Assembly: GCA_973895155.1 (NCBI GenBank)
Contig: OZ316896.1
Location: 19,084,754-19,148,753 of the forward strand
DNA: 64,000 nt
Reading direction: 5' to 3'
DNA from: Marsupella aquatica
Lineage: Eukaryota > Plantae > Marchantiophyta
The translations under genes were made by a program, and so were the position numbers. Every line of letters starts with the position of its first letter. The stretch's first letter is position 1. The notes beneath the pieces were generated by a model. It was not told the origin of the DNA, did not search any database, and was given only the letters and a program-made list of their open reading frames with translations. This document shows positions 1 to 13,421 of the stretch, piece after piece.

Positions 1-566
1 CACTGCATGTGGCGTGCGGAACAATAGTTGTCTAATGAAGTTAGAGCATGTCAAAACGAGTCATGTTTAAGGCTCTAATAATACTTCATAAAACCCATTG
101 ACAGCCTCCCAACTGGCTTGCAGCTGAGCTTATAAAGATCTTTCCAACGCGTTGGCATGTCAATGACGAAACTCACAAACCAGCCTATCCATGCAAAATC
201 CTTAACAGAACAATCAGTTCACTGTAAGGTAAACGACATCCTAGACTTCAAGCAGTACAGCATGAACGGAGCTCTATGGAAAGAACATCACTCAACAAAC
301 ACCATCATCACTCACATCTATTCCAAACTGATAGCAAACTTGGTAACTCAGGACCACAGTTCATTTATACAACCAATAGCTTTCATCTTACAAAATTGCA
401 ATATTCGTTTGGTTGTGATAGACATCCCAAGATGGTGGATGAAATTTAGTTTTATACTGAGAATAATCAGAGTTCTCTATCTTTTGCACAACGACATGAC
501 ACTCGAATTTCACTTCCTAATGTGAAGTTGAACTTAAGCTCCCAACGTCCGTGTGGGTGAGATCGT

Positions 567-3058
567 CTATTCAGAGTCTGCAAACCTGAAGAAGGTCCAA
601 GACGACAACTGTGGGTCAGAGATGAACGTTACGAGTACGATCATGATGAAAGAAACTAGAGAAGAATACTAAAGGCTGCAGACTCATTATACCAACGACA
701 AGTACATTCAATCATAACAGTTCAAAACAAATACCAGTCACGACAGCCAAGAGATACGTTCTTCCACAGGTTGACATCCAGTTTTTAAGGACTGAAGCCT
801 CCATCGAAGTAGAAATCTCAGTATGATGCTCACTTAAACAAAACTTACCCCAGCTCTGAAAGCTTTTGATGGCATTCGGCATAGTCCTTAAAGAAGAGCT
901 CCTCATCCTGCGAGACAAGTCAAAAGTCAAACCTGTGTCGCATGGATACATTGACAGAATTCATGTACAGGCTGTAGCACAAGGTAATGCTCCATTATGA
1001 CGGCAATCTGACATTTGCAAAATTGACAAAGAAGCTTGTACACGCACCGCAGCATATGCCTCAACATATGGACGGAACTTGGGATCTTCAATTAGAGCCT
1101 TGTCAGAAGGAAGCTGGAGAAGTCCTGCCTTTTCTCCAGTAAGCAGTTCCCTGCAAAACGATCAAGCATGCAAACAAGAGTTAAAAAATGAAGAGATTGA
1201 CGACCCTTTTAACTACTTCTCTTGCATTGTACTTAAATGAACAGATCGCCTCATCTTCCAGGACATAAGCTACCATCTACTTTGGAGTCGCGAGCGGGTT
1301 TATTACGTAAGCGAATTGGCTTTGACATGTGACTAGAAATGTGAAAAGATCGGAAATGCGATAGATGTCCATCATCCCATGGTTATCAACTTACGTGAAA
1401 TATGAGTTGTCGAAGATAAGGGGGTTGGCCGTCCATGGTCCATCAAAACCTGAGCGCTCACGGTGGCAGCGCCCCTGAAGAATCATATATACGACGAAAT
1501 TCAATTTACATGAAGCCACCGTAACGTCCGTCCTCAAACCCAGTACGAAGAAATTCACTACCAGATTTCATCCATCACATTAAATTGCGAACTTACAAGA
1601 GTGTGAGCCCCGGAGAGGGCCACAATTTCCTTGTCACCCAGACCATAGGCATAAAACACGTCTCTCAGGTGGCTGGGTCCTGATGAAGTGGCACACAAGC
1701 AATCAAAGTTAAAAGCGTCGTACATTCGAACGATCAAAGCGAATATTTTTGATAGCGCAATTTCGAAATAAAAGAGATAACGGCTTTACCCTTGGTCGCA
1801 TCAGGAAGCCTCCCTTCTTGGGGTGGAGTGAGCTTGTCCTGCCACCAACAGAGACAAGCTTAGCTCAGCTTATAACCAAAAGCTTATGCGACAAAGCACT
1901 ATCAAACTTCAGACACAACCCTTTATCATATTCAGATTAGATTTCATGCATTGCAAGAAGTAAACGCTCCGAAAGAACAATGCAGACAACGCGCGAGTCG
2001 AAGTCACTATAACGTACTTGGCGACCAGGATAGAAAGGAACGGTTGGGCCACCGGTGACCTCCACTGCAACAACACCGGCAAGCTACACCCACGACAAAA
2101 GACAATATGGGTCCGTTAGAGTGAAAATTCGGAATAATAACACTAACAATAAAAATGGAGACACAAACGGCACCTCTTACAACAATAAAAATACAGGGAT
2201 ACATGGAAGGTCCATCAACTCATGGACGGACCAAGGGAACAGAAGAGAAGAGAGGAGAAGCACCGACATATGAAAAGCTAATCATGAAGGACAAGTATCC
2301 AGCTAAATACCACCCAGCTTGAGAAGCGATTTACCTGTACGAAATCAGCATACGAGATGATGGGGAACTGTTCATGAATAGGATCGACCAACTTCACGGC
2401 AATGCCAAGGCCGGCGTTGGCACCATGCTTTAGTTCGTCTGCAATCTTGATGGTCCCAAAGGGTCCACCAGTCCTGGTCTTGGCATCGTAAGTTCCGGCA
2501 GCGTGCCACCTGCCCATTCGCAATGTCAAATTTCAAACCACAGACAAGAAGCGCAATTGACAACTGAAAAACAAACCCAAAAATATAGCCAGGAAGAGAA
2601 GACCAGTAATTCCCATTCTTCTACGAAAGGACAGGGGAGCAGACTTACGCCAATCTCAAAATGATGGGAGCGATATTCTTCTCTGCAAAGCCAGTGCCAA
2701 CATAAACAAGTAATCAGTGATCGGATTAAAAGAATCAGGATGGGAACAAGTGAAACGGATCGAAACATTGTAGACGGGTCCCAAGATGTCACATCCAGCT
2801 AAGGGCTTTTATTTTTCGACAGAGGGTATATTATACAAACCGAGATGCAGCAAGTCGCTGACACAGGTTTCTCAGTCTCAGCTTCTCGCTCGCTAACCTA
2901 CTGCAGTACAAGGACTGACGGAAGACGTTTTCATCCAACGAATGTGTAGAATGGAAGCATCCATCCTCACCTGCGATCAAGCCGCGCAACTTCCTGCGAC
3001 ACTTATCCACGGCCACCTTGTACTCCTCACTGACTTCGGGATACACCTTGCCACCCAT
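567..3058 (-). CDS. APX: Cytosolic L-ascorbate peroxidase, 10 coding exons, ~251 aa
   Basis: Exons 3058-2971, 2682-2649, 2509-2335, 2083-2018, 1838-1790, 1679-1597, 1474-1395, 1150-1048, 907-849 and 585-567 all have GT-AG borders and total 756 nt. Translation contains [40 protein letters not shown] and [10 protein letters not shown], and ends GFADSE* with no transit peptide or membrane tail. Confidence 0.96.
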
Positions 3059-3847
3059 GATGGAGAGACGCAGAATCCGCCGGCTCCTAAACGAAACTGA
3101 TCATCCACAAAAGATGCCGATTAACCGCTAGAAATCGAAAGCCGATCGTCCAAACACCTTCCTCAAGGGAACGAACGCTGACTCTACAGCAGCTGAGACC
3201 AGCTCTACCAGAGAGAATCTCGGGCTACGAAAACACTTCACAGACTCCAACCGGGACAGTAAACAGCTAGAGCAAATCGCCGACGTTGCCATCACTCACT
3301 CTCCGCAACAAAGCCCGTCCTCACCACAGATCAGACCAGGAAGAAACCCAAATTGACAGAAACACATGAACAAATCCGAAAAACAGAGCACGCACAGACA
3401 CTAAACACAGTCGCCGGGATTCGGCTCCAACACAGCAGCACCACAAGAAAACCCTCGAGCAAGGACCGCAAAGCAATCAAACTACCGTCAGCAACACAAC
3501 GAATGCTCCATATCAGCCAGACAGAGAGATTCGGGGGCGAAAAAATACCCACTAAGAAAGGGTCGTCGACGATCGATCGATCGGCCTCTCGATGCTTCTC
3601 GATACCCACAGTCCGCTTCTCTCTAGCGTCGAATGCCTGAAGACGAAGAGATGCACTTCTGCTGGACTCGTCGCCCGGCTTCGAGGTGGTGGACTTCGAA
3701 GCACCCGACGTTTCTGCAGTCGAAGAGAAGCGAGAGCTGAGAATCACGAAGAACGGTGAAAAGGTGAAACAAAGAAGAATCACGAAGACGGGTCAAAAGG
3801 TGAAAATAAATGACTGGTGTAGGTCACAGAATCGTCACCAAGTGTCC

Positions 3848-4005
3848 GTCGGTGTGATCACACAGTCGGCCGTCGGCGCAGCGGGTCCTTCGTATATCCG
3901 TCGGGTTTGGGACACGGTCAGGCGTCGGTCCATCGGATCCTCTGAATGGCCGGCGTCGGTCCAGCGAATCCTTTGAATGCCCGTTGGATACGAGACAGAG
4001 TCGGC
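3848..4005 (-). promoter_or_regulatory. Cluster of DRE/CRT-like (RCCGAC) motifs upstream of APX
   Basis: GTCGGY on + (RCCGAC on -) at 3848, 3865, 3872, 3924, 3955 and 4000, plus a CCGAC core at 3900; all in the same orientation. Confidence 0.5.
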
Positions 4006-4590
4006 CCAGCGGGTCCTTTGGAATGTAGTGTGCGAATATTATAGGATATTTGTGAGGGCTTTGAGTGGCCAACAATGTATAGGGTAGTGATCCTGGGATG
4101 GACCATTAATGCTTATAAAGGTCCATGGTATGTTTATCTGTGTATGCGGGGAGGTATATGGGAGATCATATGTTCCTAATGGTCTATCACAAGCCCATTG
4201 GCCAACGTTAAGGGCATGTTTGTCATAAACAGGCCAGAAATGTTTAGCACAGACAATAAATAGGACCCATATAGTGACACACACCATGATCATACCTTCT
4301 TTGCACATTCCAGAAAATTATGATGTACAAATACCACAAAATTGTATAGTCACATTATGAGACATAAACTGAGGATGTGGCACATTTAGATTGGCCCAAA
4401 TACTCTTATAGTCAACCAATGCCCTTAACGAGTGCTCTAAGTAGAGTAACATAATAGCTTTAGTGGCATTCCTTTAGAGTGTATATGGAGGTGACTACAT
4501 TCAAGCCCCCTAGTTAGCCCCTTCCTTTTCTATATAGGAGCTAATACTCTCTTCCTTAACTTCAATTGCTAGAGTGAAGGTTTAGGGCTC

Positions 4591-5512
4591 GAGGGATTTG
4601 CTTAATCGACCCTCTCCTGCAAAACTTTTACTTAATCAACCCCCTTCAAACTTTTTTTCCACAATCGACCCCCTCTTTATGACCCGTACTGAATGTTCTT
4701 CTAAAGCCCCAAAACTGCACAGTTTTCCAACGCTAGTGACCATATCGTTACGCAGTTCTAGGGTCATGGTTTACCATGTCGTTGCCATTGCAGTCGGAGC
4801 GAGCGATTGCAGTCGGAGCGCTCAAGCGGTTCCAGGTTACTAACCTAATCCAGAAATGTAGTCTATTGAATACATTGTGAATTATGTTTTCATGTCTTTT
4901 TAGTTTAGGGTTGGTTAAGGTGGCAACATTGTCGCGCTGAGTGGGAGTGTGTTGTTTTGTTTTGCCGTGCAACGAGGAGCTTCTCTTCGTAAGGGTCGCG
5001 GCTATGGCATGTTGAGGAATGGCAACGACTCGCAGCTTTAGGATGACAATGCGACGGGAGGCAATGCGATGGGAGGCAGTGCAACATGGAGCTTTAAGCT
5101 GACAATGCGATGGAGGCAGTGCAACGGGAGGCAGTGCGACGCGGAGCTTTTGGGTGACATTTGTTGTCATCCAACTTCTTAAAGCACGCACATTGTAGCC
5201 GCTGCTTGGAACTGTACTATGCAATTTTAATTTTGTTGAAAGTCTGCCTAATCACTTGCAGTACATCCACACAAGGACCTAGTGAACTGAGGGAGGCAAC
5301 AGCTCAGGACCAAGTGAACTGAGGCAACATCGAGTGTTCTTCTGGTTTTCAGTATTCAGTTTGGTGCTTCTAACCAAAAAACGCACGGTATAAGAGCTTT
5401 TAGAAGAACATTTTGTACGGGTCATAAAGAGGGGTCAATTGGGGAAAAAAAGTTTGGAGGGGGTTGATTAAGTAAAAATTTTGCAGGAGAGGGTTGATTA
5501 AGCAAATCCCTC
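4591..5512. mobile_element. Non-autonomous Mutator-like element with ~110-bp TIRs
   Basis: Starts GAGGGATTTGCTTAATCGACCCTCTCCTGCAAAA and ends TTTTGCAGGAGAGGGTTGATTAAGCAAATCCCTC. Flanked by TTTAGGGCTC (4581-4590) and TCTAGGGCTC (5513-5522), a 10-bp TSD with one mismatch. Confidence 0.85.
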
Positions 5513-8500
5513 TCTAGGGCTCACTCCGGCCCCTTCCTTTTCTACTCCCTTCCCTAACTTCAATTACTAGATTGAAGGTCTAGAGATTGCACTCTAGACT
5601 GTAGAACTTGAAAGTAATTTTTTGATGGTGACAATTTAGTTAGATTATTATCTTGTTTTCATTTTCCTTGAAATAGATTTTTTAATAAATTTTAATACCG
5701 TGAAACCCCACAGATAGGGTGGATCTTGTTTTCATTTTCATTAACTTGAAAATTGGACTTCTTGACCAAAAACCATGTCTTATGGTAGCCCAAACAGGTT
5801 GGTATGATGAGCATAACTTTAGTACTCTGACCACCCAATTCTTTTGAAAGGAAATAGAGGTGACTACATTCAAGTTTGTTGCCCATTCACAGATTTATGT
5901 GCCAGTGCTTTTTAGTGACTCCTTACATGCTGGGCCATTTTCAGAGACTCACCCTACCCCCAATCCCCGTTTTCCACCTGCATCTTCACTTTAGTTACAC
6001 CCCAAAGCCACAGTCTAAGGATTCACTCTAGACAATAGGCCCTGAAACCGCAGGTATGCAAAGTGGTTATAAACCAGGTTACATAGTTAGCGTATTGTGA
6101 TGCTTTTTGTTACCTTGAAATGGAGTTCATGACAAAAGCCAAGATCAATGTTCACAATGAACCTTGTGCCCGGTGCCCAACGTACTCCTTTGGCTGCCTA
6201 AGTGTGGGTTGAATTTTATATCATTGACACCAAAGAGCTTCTAGTGTACCCCACTTTGGATGGATTTTTTTAATGCCCGTTGGTGTTGTGACCCCGTCAG
6301 GCATCAGCCCAAAGGACACCTGAGATGTATTGTATGAATATTTGCAAGGGTTCCAATCCGCCAAGAAAGAGTATTCTGATTAGCATATAATCATTGACAT
6401 GTCTTGCTTTCATTTTAGTTAATTTGTAATGAACGTGTTCACAAGTGCAATATACTAGCCTGAGCAAAGTACATACTGTAGGTGATGAGTACCATCGTGC
6501 TCGTTCCCAATTTCACAGTTAGTTGTGCCCCTAAAGTCACAGTCTAGAGGCTTCAATCTAGACCATAGGCCATTACCCTAGCTTTTGATTGAGCATTGTT
6601 AGACAGATTTGTATGGGCTCTGATTGGCCAAAAAAGTTGTTTGATCACCATCATTATTGTCTTGTTTTCATTTTTGTTACCTGAAATGGAGCACCGCATA
6701 TATGACTTTCTAGACAAAAGGCAAGATTGAGGCTAATCAATAATGATGAGCCCTGATCGTAGGGGACCTGGTAGGGGATGTGTTGCGTGTTGCCCAAACT
6801 TGATAGGTTTGTTTCTAGAATAAGTATCAAGTGAAAATGAACTTGAACTCCTAGGACTAATCTGTATAGTACATATATGGTAGCTCACTCAAGTTGTGAG
6901 GGAGAGGCTGCAATTTTAAAATCTTGTTCACTAGTACACTTTTCTCAAACCCATGCCAAGTGGAGTGAACTACACTCCTTTTGAGACTTAGAAAATACTT
7001 GGAATCAGTTGAGTTTGAAGGAGAGTGTAATTAAGGGCTGTCTTGCATGTGCAAGAGTCCTAAAAAAGTGGCTCTTACCAGCCCAAAAATGTTGGGAAAA
7101 AGTGTAAACCTGAATCTAAACTCAATCAAAGAACATAAACGTGTGATACGCCCACTCAATTGCATCTACTCTTTGTCTTCTTATGATCAATTTGTACAGG
7201 GCAAGATGCAGGAACTGTTGCACCAAAACACGTCCCTACATAGTTCTGCATGCCTCGCTCTTCCCAGCCAGGTTTCACATTACAAGCGACAATCAATGTG
7301 CTCAGAGGTAGAGTAATTAAAGGGAATTCGGGGGATGCCTTTGGGTGCTTCAAAGTTAATATTGATGGGATATAGTAGTCACACAGGGATCTGCAAAGTC
7401 ACCTTTGTACAAATAGTTGGCTCTTGGATCGATCGACAATGTTTTCAGAAATGAAGCACTACACCGGATGTAACCACAACACCAACTTCGATCTGAACTG
7501 ACCATGCAACAATGCTGACAGCCTTCCCGATTCAAGACTCTCACCTTCAATTTGCAGCGCTGTGTTCCTTCAGTTTGCACTTGTCTATGGATTGGTGTGT
7601 CCGTCGCAGTGAAATATCAAGGTGAAAGATGTCACTCTCAAGTATTTTTGGAACTATATGCAATGTTGGTGGTGTTTGCAGGGTGAACACCAGGAGTGGG
7701 GAACAGATGCACAGGAAATATGTCGAGAAGTCTTTGTCCAACATGTGTTCCGTCTGCCGTTTTGATTTATTGAGATTTGAAGGTTCGGGACTGAAGCAAG
7801 AGTTCTGCAGTCCTGACAGCATCTTTGGTTGAGATGCAAGGGCAAGGGCTGAAAATTGGTTGAGGTGGTGTTTGCAGGCTGAACACCAGGAGTGACAACA
7901 TCTCACTTATTTTGATTTTGGGTGGCTGAGATCCTTGCTGAGATCATATTGTTTTCATTGAAAGAAGAGTGTCTTGATAGATTCTTCTCTTTTAATTTTC
8001 CTTGGCTCAGGTCACATTGTCTTCATTGAAAAAATGAAGTCTTTTGATAGATTCTTCTCCCTGTTTCATTCTCTGCTTGTAAATTGTTAGTGTTGAGATT
8101 TACTACACTGCCCACTCTTCTTTGTTAGAATATGCACTTTTCCACTCTTTTCAGTTTAACTATTCTTGTCCCATATTTGGTCACTGTTGGCTAAGCAAAG
8201 TAACTCTAGTGAAGGTAAAACAATCTGAAAGCCAACATTTGGCCAAGTCTTGTCATTAGATGGTCAATCTACATCCTCTATCCTAACCACAACACCCTTT
8301 CCAACCCTTGACGTTGGGCTGGGACTCTTACTCTCCCATCCCAGAAACCTGGTTGAGGGTGGACCAAGGTGTTGAGAGGTCATGTTGAGGATGACAACAA
8401 CCATCAGATGAGGAAAAATAGAAAGATGTTGACTTTCAATCAATCCAAACCAACTCGAGTCATTTAGCTGGGATTTTAGCTTAATTAACCAGCAATGTGA

Positions 8501-9246
8501 AAAGGTAGCAACGTCCAAACTAAACTAGTGTAAAGAGTGGCAACGTCAGTGTTTTGACCAAAAAATTTGCCACTATAATAACTATTCACTTTTTAAAAAT
8601 CCACCATACCCTAGCTTCACAAGCTCCACTAGCTATGACCTGATCTCTCTCTCTCACCCTTGACAGCTCTACAGACAAAAGACAGAAATCTCAAATGTGA
8701 ACACACCTTTGTGGTCCCCTTGGGTATACCCCATTCCATGGTCTATGAGGACCTGTAACTCAAATGAGTGCTATCCTAATTTGCTAAAGCCTAATTAGTA
8801 CTAAGAAAGTAAATAGGTTATACTAGAGACATAACCTAACACCAAAGAACAAAATGCCCCAAACCAGGAGACAAGATCCATAAAAGAGGAGACCCAGGTT
8901 CAGTTTATAATTTCAAGAGTCTTCAGGGTTTTGTGAGGATTCTCAGTACTGTCCTTGTTTTTACGCTGCCCCTTTGTCTTTGGTTTTTTCTGAAAAAGGT
9001 GCTTCATGGAAAGTATGTCATGATTGAACTAATTGCAAATTTTAGGTCCACATGATCAGTGAAATGCAATCCATTGGGGAGTTGCAGAAATCATGAGACA
9101 AAAGAGTGAAATTTGTACATTTTGGATTATTTTAGTAACCTGGATCCACCAGGTTTTACAGTATTATGTTTTTGGTTTTGTCACTACTCCAGGACAGCCT
9201 AAAATTGAGGCCTGACCTCCCCATTTGCCTAAAATGCTTGGATAGA

Positions 9247-9680
9247 CTTTTTGTTATCTGAATGGATTGCAACAAAACCCTTGTTTTAGCTCATACATTA
9301 CATTTATGAGTGAAATGCGGAGAGATATGCTTAATAGACCCCCTTCTGGAAAAAGTTTGCTTAATCAATCCCCTCAATACTTTCCCCCAATCTGGACCGT
9401 TGATGTACCTTTCTATCTCAGATCTGGACCGTTGATAGACCTCAGGGGGTAGATCAAGTAACTTTTTGTTATCTGAATGGACTGCAGCAAAACCCTTGTT
9501 TTAGCTCATACATTACATTTATGAGTGAAATGTGGAGAGATATGCTTAATAGACCCCCTTCTGGAAAAGAGTTTGCTTAATAATCAACCTCCTCGATACT
9601 TTTCCCCGATCCAGACCGTTGATGTACCTTTCGATCTCAGATCTGGACCATTGATAGACCTCAGGGGGTTGATCAAGTAA
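9247..9680. repeat. Tandem duplication, ~215-bp unit, including most of the MITE
   Basis: CTTTTTGTTATCTGAATGGA...GATCAAGTAA occurs at ~9247-9460 and ~9462-9680. Confidence 0.85.
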
Positions 9681-9715
9681 CAAGTTTCATTTTGGGGGTA
9701 TTAAACAAATACCTC
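9535..9715. mobile_element. Mutator-like MITE related to the 4591-5512 element
   Basis: Left end GAGAGATATGCTTAATAGACCCCC resembles the 4591 TIR; right end GGGGTATTAAACAAATACCTC. Flanks GTGAAATGTG / ATGAAATGTG form a 9-10-bp TSD. Confidence 0.65.
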
Positions 9716-9893
9716 ATGAAATGTGGCTCAACAACAAGACCATCATCTTCAGAAGTTTGTGAGCCTCTCAATTCTCAGTAAAAATTTGACTACCTTGGGG
9801 GCACAGAACAAATCAGATTGTAGGTGTCTCAATTATCAATCTTTCATTAAAATATCATTAAAATATGATCACTCTAAAAGGAGATTCTGAATG

Positions 9894-10097
9894 CCAAACT
9901 TTGAGAACAGCTTAGTGAGGAAAGTGCTAATGAAGTTATCTATACAAGTTTATAACTCTCAAGTTTTCATGAAGACTATCATGAAAACTAGAGATACTGA
10001 AGCCAAATTTTGAGGAAAGCTTAGTGTGGAAAGTGCTAATGAAGTTATCTATACAAGTTTATGACTCAAGTTTTCATGAAAACTAGAGATACTGAAG
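9894..10097. repeat. Tandem duplication, ~105-bp unit
   Basis: GCCAAA..TTTGAG...GGAAAGTGCTAATGAAGTTATCTATACAAGTTTAT...AACTAGAGATACTGAAG occurs twice. Confidence 0.8.
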
Positions 10098-11126
10098 TGT
10101 CTGGAAGCATGTTACCTGGAGATACTAAAGTGGCCGGAAAGATGTTTCCGAGCCACTTCTAATAAGCCCAAGAAGGGCCAGCAGATTCCCTAGGATATCA
10201 GGGGAGGTCAAACTTTGCCACTGAAAACTTTTCAGAAAGTGAAGCATGTTTATCGACGAAGGGAAGGATGTCACGGAAAGACGTTAAAACTCCATAGACC
10301 TTCTCTGGGCAGGGAAGGACGCCGAAGAATGAAGGAAGAATTTCAATGATGAAGGTGTAAAAGGTCCATGGGATTGCATGGTTCACAAGCTGGGTCCATG
10401 GGTGCATCAGTTTTGGGCTGCGCCCTTAGGCTAAGGGGTTTCTACTGTGGAAATAGAAGTTACCATTCAAGGCGAACAAAAGACAGATTCAGTAAGGGTT
10501 CAGTGACATTTTGTTTTGTTTCCGCTGACGGTGGAAGCTGTTTGTAGTCGAAGTTATAATGGCGGAAGTGGAAGTCATTCATCTGCATCATAGAAATATA
10601 TTGCAGTGCAACATGCATGCACAGGTTCCAGAATTCCGGAACACTATTCACTAAACCTTTGAGAAGTGATTTCAACAGACAGAAGCGATGAAGTACACAG
10701 TTCTTGAAAAACACGAACATGAAGCTGTCCTACAGAATATCTTTCCAATGATAAGAGAAGAAAGAATGCAGTGCAGAACACGTCGTGTTGTCAAGACCCA
10801 TAAAGTCAGAATTGCGATCCAATCAGGTAGAGCAGGGGAGATTCATCACATCATTCCCTTGTTTCACACGTTATCGTTGTAGCATATGCTGAGCTCAACC
10901 TAAGTATTTCCAAAATCTCCAAAATTGCACAAAGACGGTACCACCATTCGAGGTAGCAAGCATATTCCAGCTAGGTGGGTAAGCACTTGGCGACCCACTT
11001 TTGGCAAAGATCCTGTACGCTTTCATCTTCGAGGCACTGGAGGGTTGAGTACGATGTACAGCCACATCTCATCGCTCAAACTCTGGTCTCCTACGGGTCG
11101 CTCCAGTAGTTGATGCCAATGATTCC

Positions 11127-13421
11127 TCAAGTAAGCTTTGAAACTACATCCTCGGCGGTCTCCTCCAAATCCAAATCCTTCATTTTCTTAAATGGTCTGG
11201 TCAAACCCTGCATTTTTGAAACATACCGCAAATTCACTTCTGAGAGAAAGGCCATACCGGTACAACAAAGAATGTACTCTAACTATAATAACAAAATCGG
11301 ATTGCTCAAGAGCCAGTAATGGCCAGCGGCAGACCGTAGACTTATATGACCACAGAAGGCCGCCATGCAATCGCGACAACGAGGAAACTTTACGGAAATA
11401 GTCCTGGAAGGAATTGAAGTGACTCTGTTCCTATGTTGGATATCCGAAATTAACCTCGTCTTGAGAATCACACGAAATATACATTCATCTAGTAGGAGGC
11501 AGAGTTCACAATTTTGATCACATACCTCCAACGATATGAATATATTGCCCTCACTGTCACGGACCTCGAAAATCCCTTTCCTCGGCTGCAAATATACCAC
11601 ACATTTCAAGGGGACGCTCCATTATAAATGACATTGATACAGTTTTATCAGTGACTCAGGGATGCTTACAAAAGTTCACGCATCAGATTTTCAAACGGTG
11701 ACTCACTAACTTGGGTCAGTAAAGGGCTTTTTCAAAGCTAACTACAAAATTCAACAGCAAAATTTAGGACTTAAGAATCAAAACCCCTGCATGGAACGAG
11801 TAATCCGTAACCTTCTCAGTCGCTACTCTGCTGAAAAAATCGCTGGAGAGACTGAAATAGTGGGAATGAAAATGAGTGAGTCCAATTAAATGCAAGCATG
11901 AAAGACTCCATATTCTATTAACGATCTCACTGTCTGCTCTGGCGCGACGATATAAAAGACGGGAGACATACAACAATGGGGCCCATTATGACCAGACGCA
12001 GCAAACATTCCTTCGACTTCTTGGACACACAAGGACTAGGATACCCCCACTTGGTACAGTTATAAGCGGAAAGAGTGACAAACTTGACTGACGAAGCTAA
12101 AGTGAAACTTCTGAGAGAGAAATACGGTCCTTGTTGCTCAGTGCTCCCGAAATGTACTTCTAATCCATACGGGTGGAGGATTCTAACATCACTTTCACAT
12201 TATAAACACGAACCAACGGTTGAAAGACAGAGACCTGCAACCGAAGACAAAAATGATATGAAAGTGTGTGATATGTACCTTTTCAGGGTTCATAGTAACC
12301 TTCACATCAGGAATAGACTTCTTTATCAGAGCTTCAAGTTTCGTTGCTGTCCTCTTGAATGACTGGCATTGCTTACTGCACACGAATAGGGAGAGGACAA
12401 AGTGAACGTTAGAGGTATGCGAACCAGGTGAGCAAACATTTCTCCGTCCTGCAGGTACCTGAGTAGCGCGTATTCTGGTTGAAGGCCACTCTGACAGCAC
12501 TAGAATATGTGGTCATTGGAGAATATATGGTTATTGCAAAAATTCTGCGGGACTTCACTTGAGATTACATCACAAACTCTCATCATTGCCTGACCTTATT
12601 CTCATACAACACCCACCTTCTACCAAAAGACAAGAAACTAAAGTCCTGTTTCGAAGAAACAAACCGAACAACTAGGGATGCCTTCTTCCATACATTACTA
12701 ATTGAGATGATGAACGAATCCAGTTGTGCGAACCTATAGAAAGAAGACATAGCCCAAGAACTTAGGATCTAATTGCATCCAAGTGATTCCAACGGTAAGT
12801 TGATTTAATGAACTTTTGTGACAAAACACAGACTAGAATAATCGAAAGACTCAACATGTTGTGGAAGTCAGCTTTTAACGATTGACACTGGAGCACTGTA
12901 CAGTGGATTGAAGGACAACATTCACTAAAGGAGAATAGGGAGTCGACCAAATTTCAGACCAGAAAACAAGCGAATACATGCGAGCACGCAACATCCATTC
13001 ACATCAACGCGTACTCCACATGGGGCCAGGATCACAACCTTGCAGAAAATTCCCAACACTGGCAAAACAGAAAATGTAAACGCAAGTGATGATGAATGTA
13101 CCAATGCTCGATGACCACTTGCTTCGGAACCACTTTGGAAGCGGCTTTAACCGCAGGTGGGGAAGGCTCTGCCACAACCTCAGCTTTGGCACCCCTTTTC
13201 GCTGGCTGTTTCTTCGGAGTGGCAGCTTTCTTCGGTGAAGGTTTGGGAGTAACCTTGGCCTTTGGTGCTGCTTTGGGTTTAGGGGCTGCCTTGGTCTTCT
13301 TGGGTTTAGGTGATTCTGGCTCTTCTTCTGACGAGTACTCTGGTTCGGACTCTGGCTCTGATTCTGATGGTGGGGGAGTTTCCTGCTTCTTCTTGGGAGC
13401 TGCCTTCCTCTTCGGAGGCAT
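11127..13421 (-). CDS. Rdx-family / selenoprotein H-like thioredoxin-fold protein (Cys form), 4 exons, ~185 aa
   Basis: Exons 13421-13102, 12375-12279, 11585-11526 and 11207-11127 are GT-AG and phase-compatible. Spliced product ...VVIEHCKQCQSFKRTA...NPEKPRKGIFEVR...FISLEGLTRPFKKMKDLDLEE matches the plant SelH-like pattern. The N-terminus is long and rich in K/P/A and E/S. Confidence 0.9.

Noticed and set aside
7330-7900. LINE RNase H-like fragment (FKVNIDG)
   Set aside because: A single short motif with no supporting downstream residues.
11127-13421. True selenoprotein (UGA-encoded Sec)
   Set aside because: The spliced motif reads TGT AAG CAA TGC (CKQC); there is no in-frame TGA.
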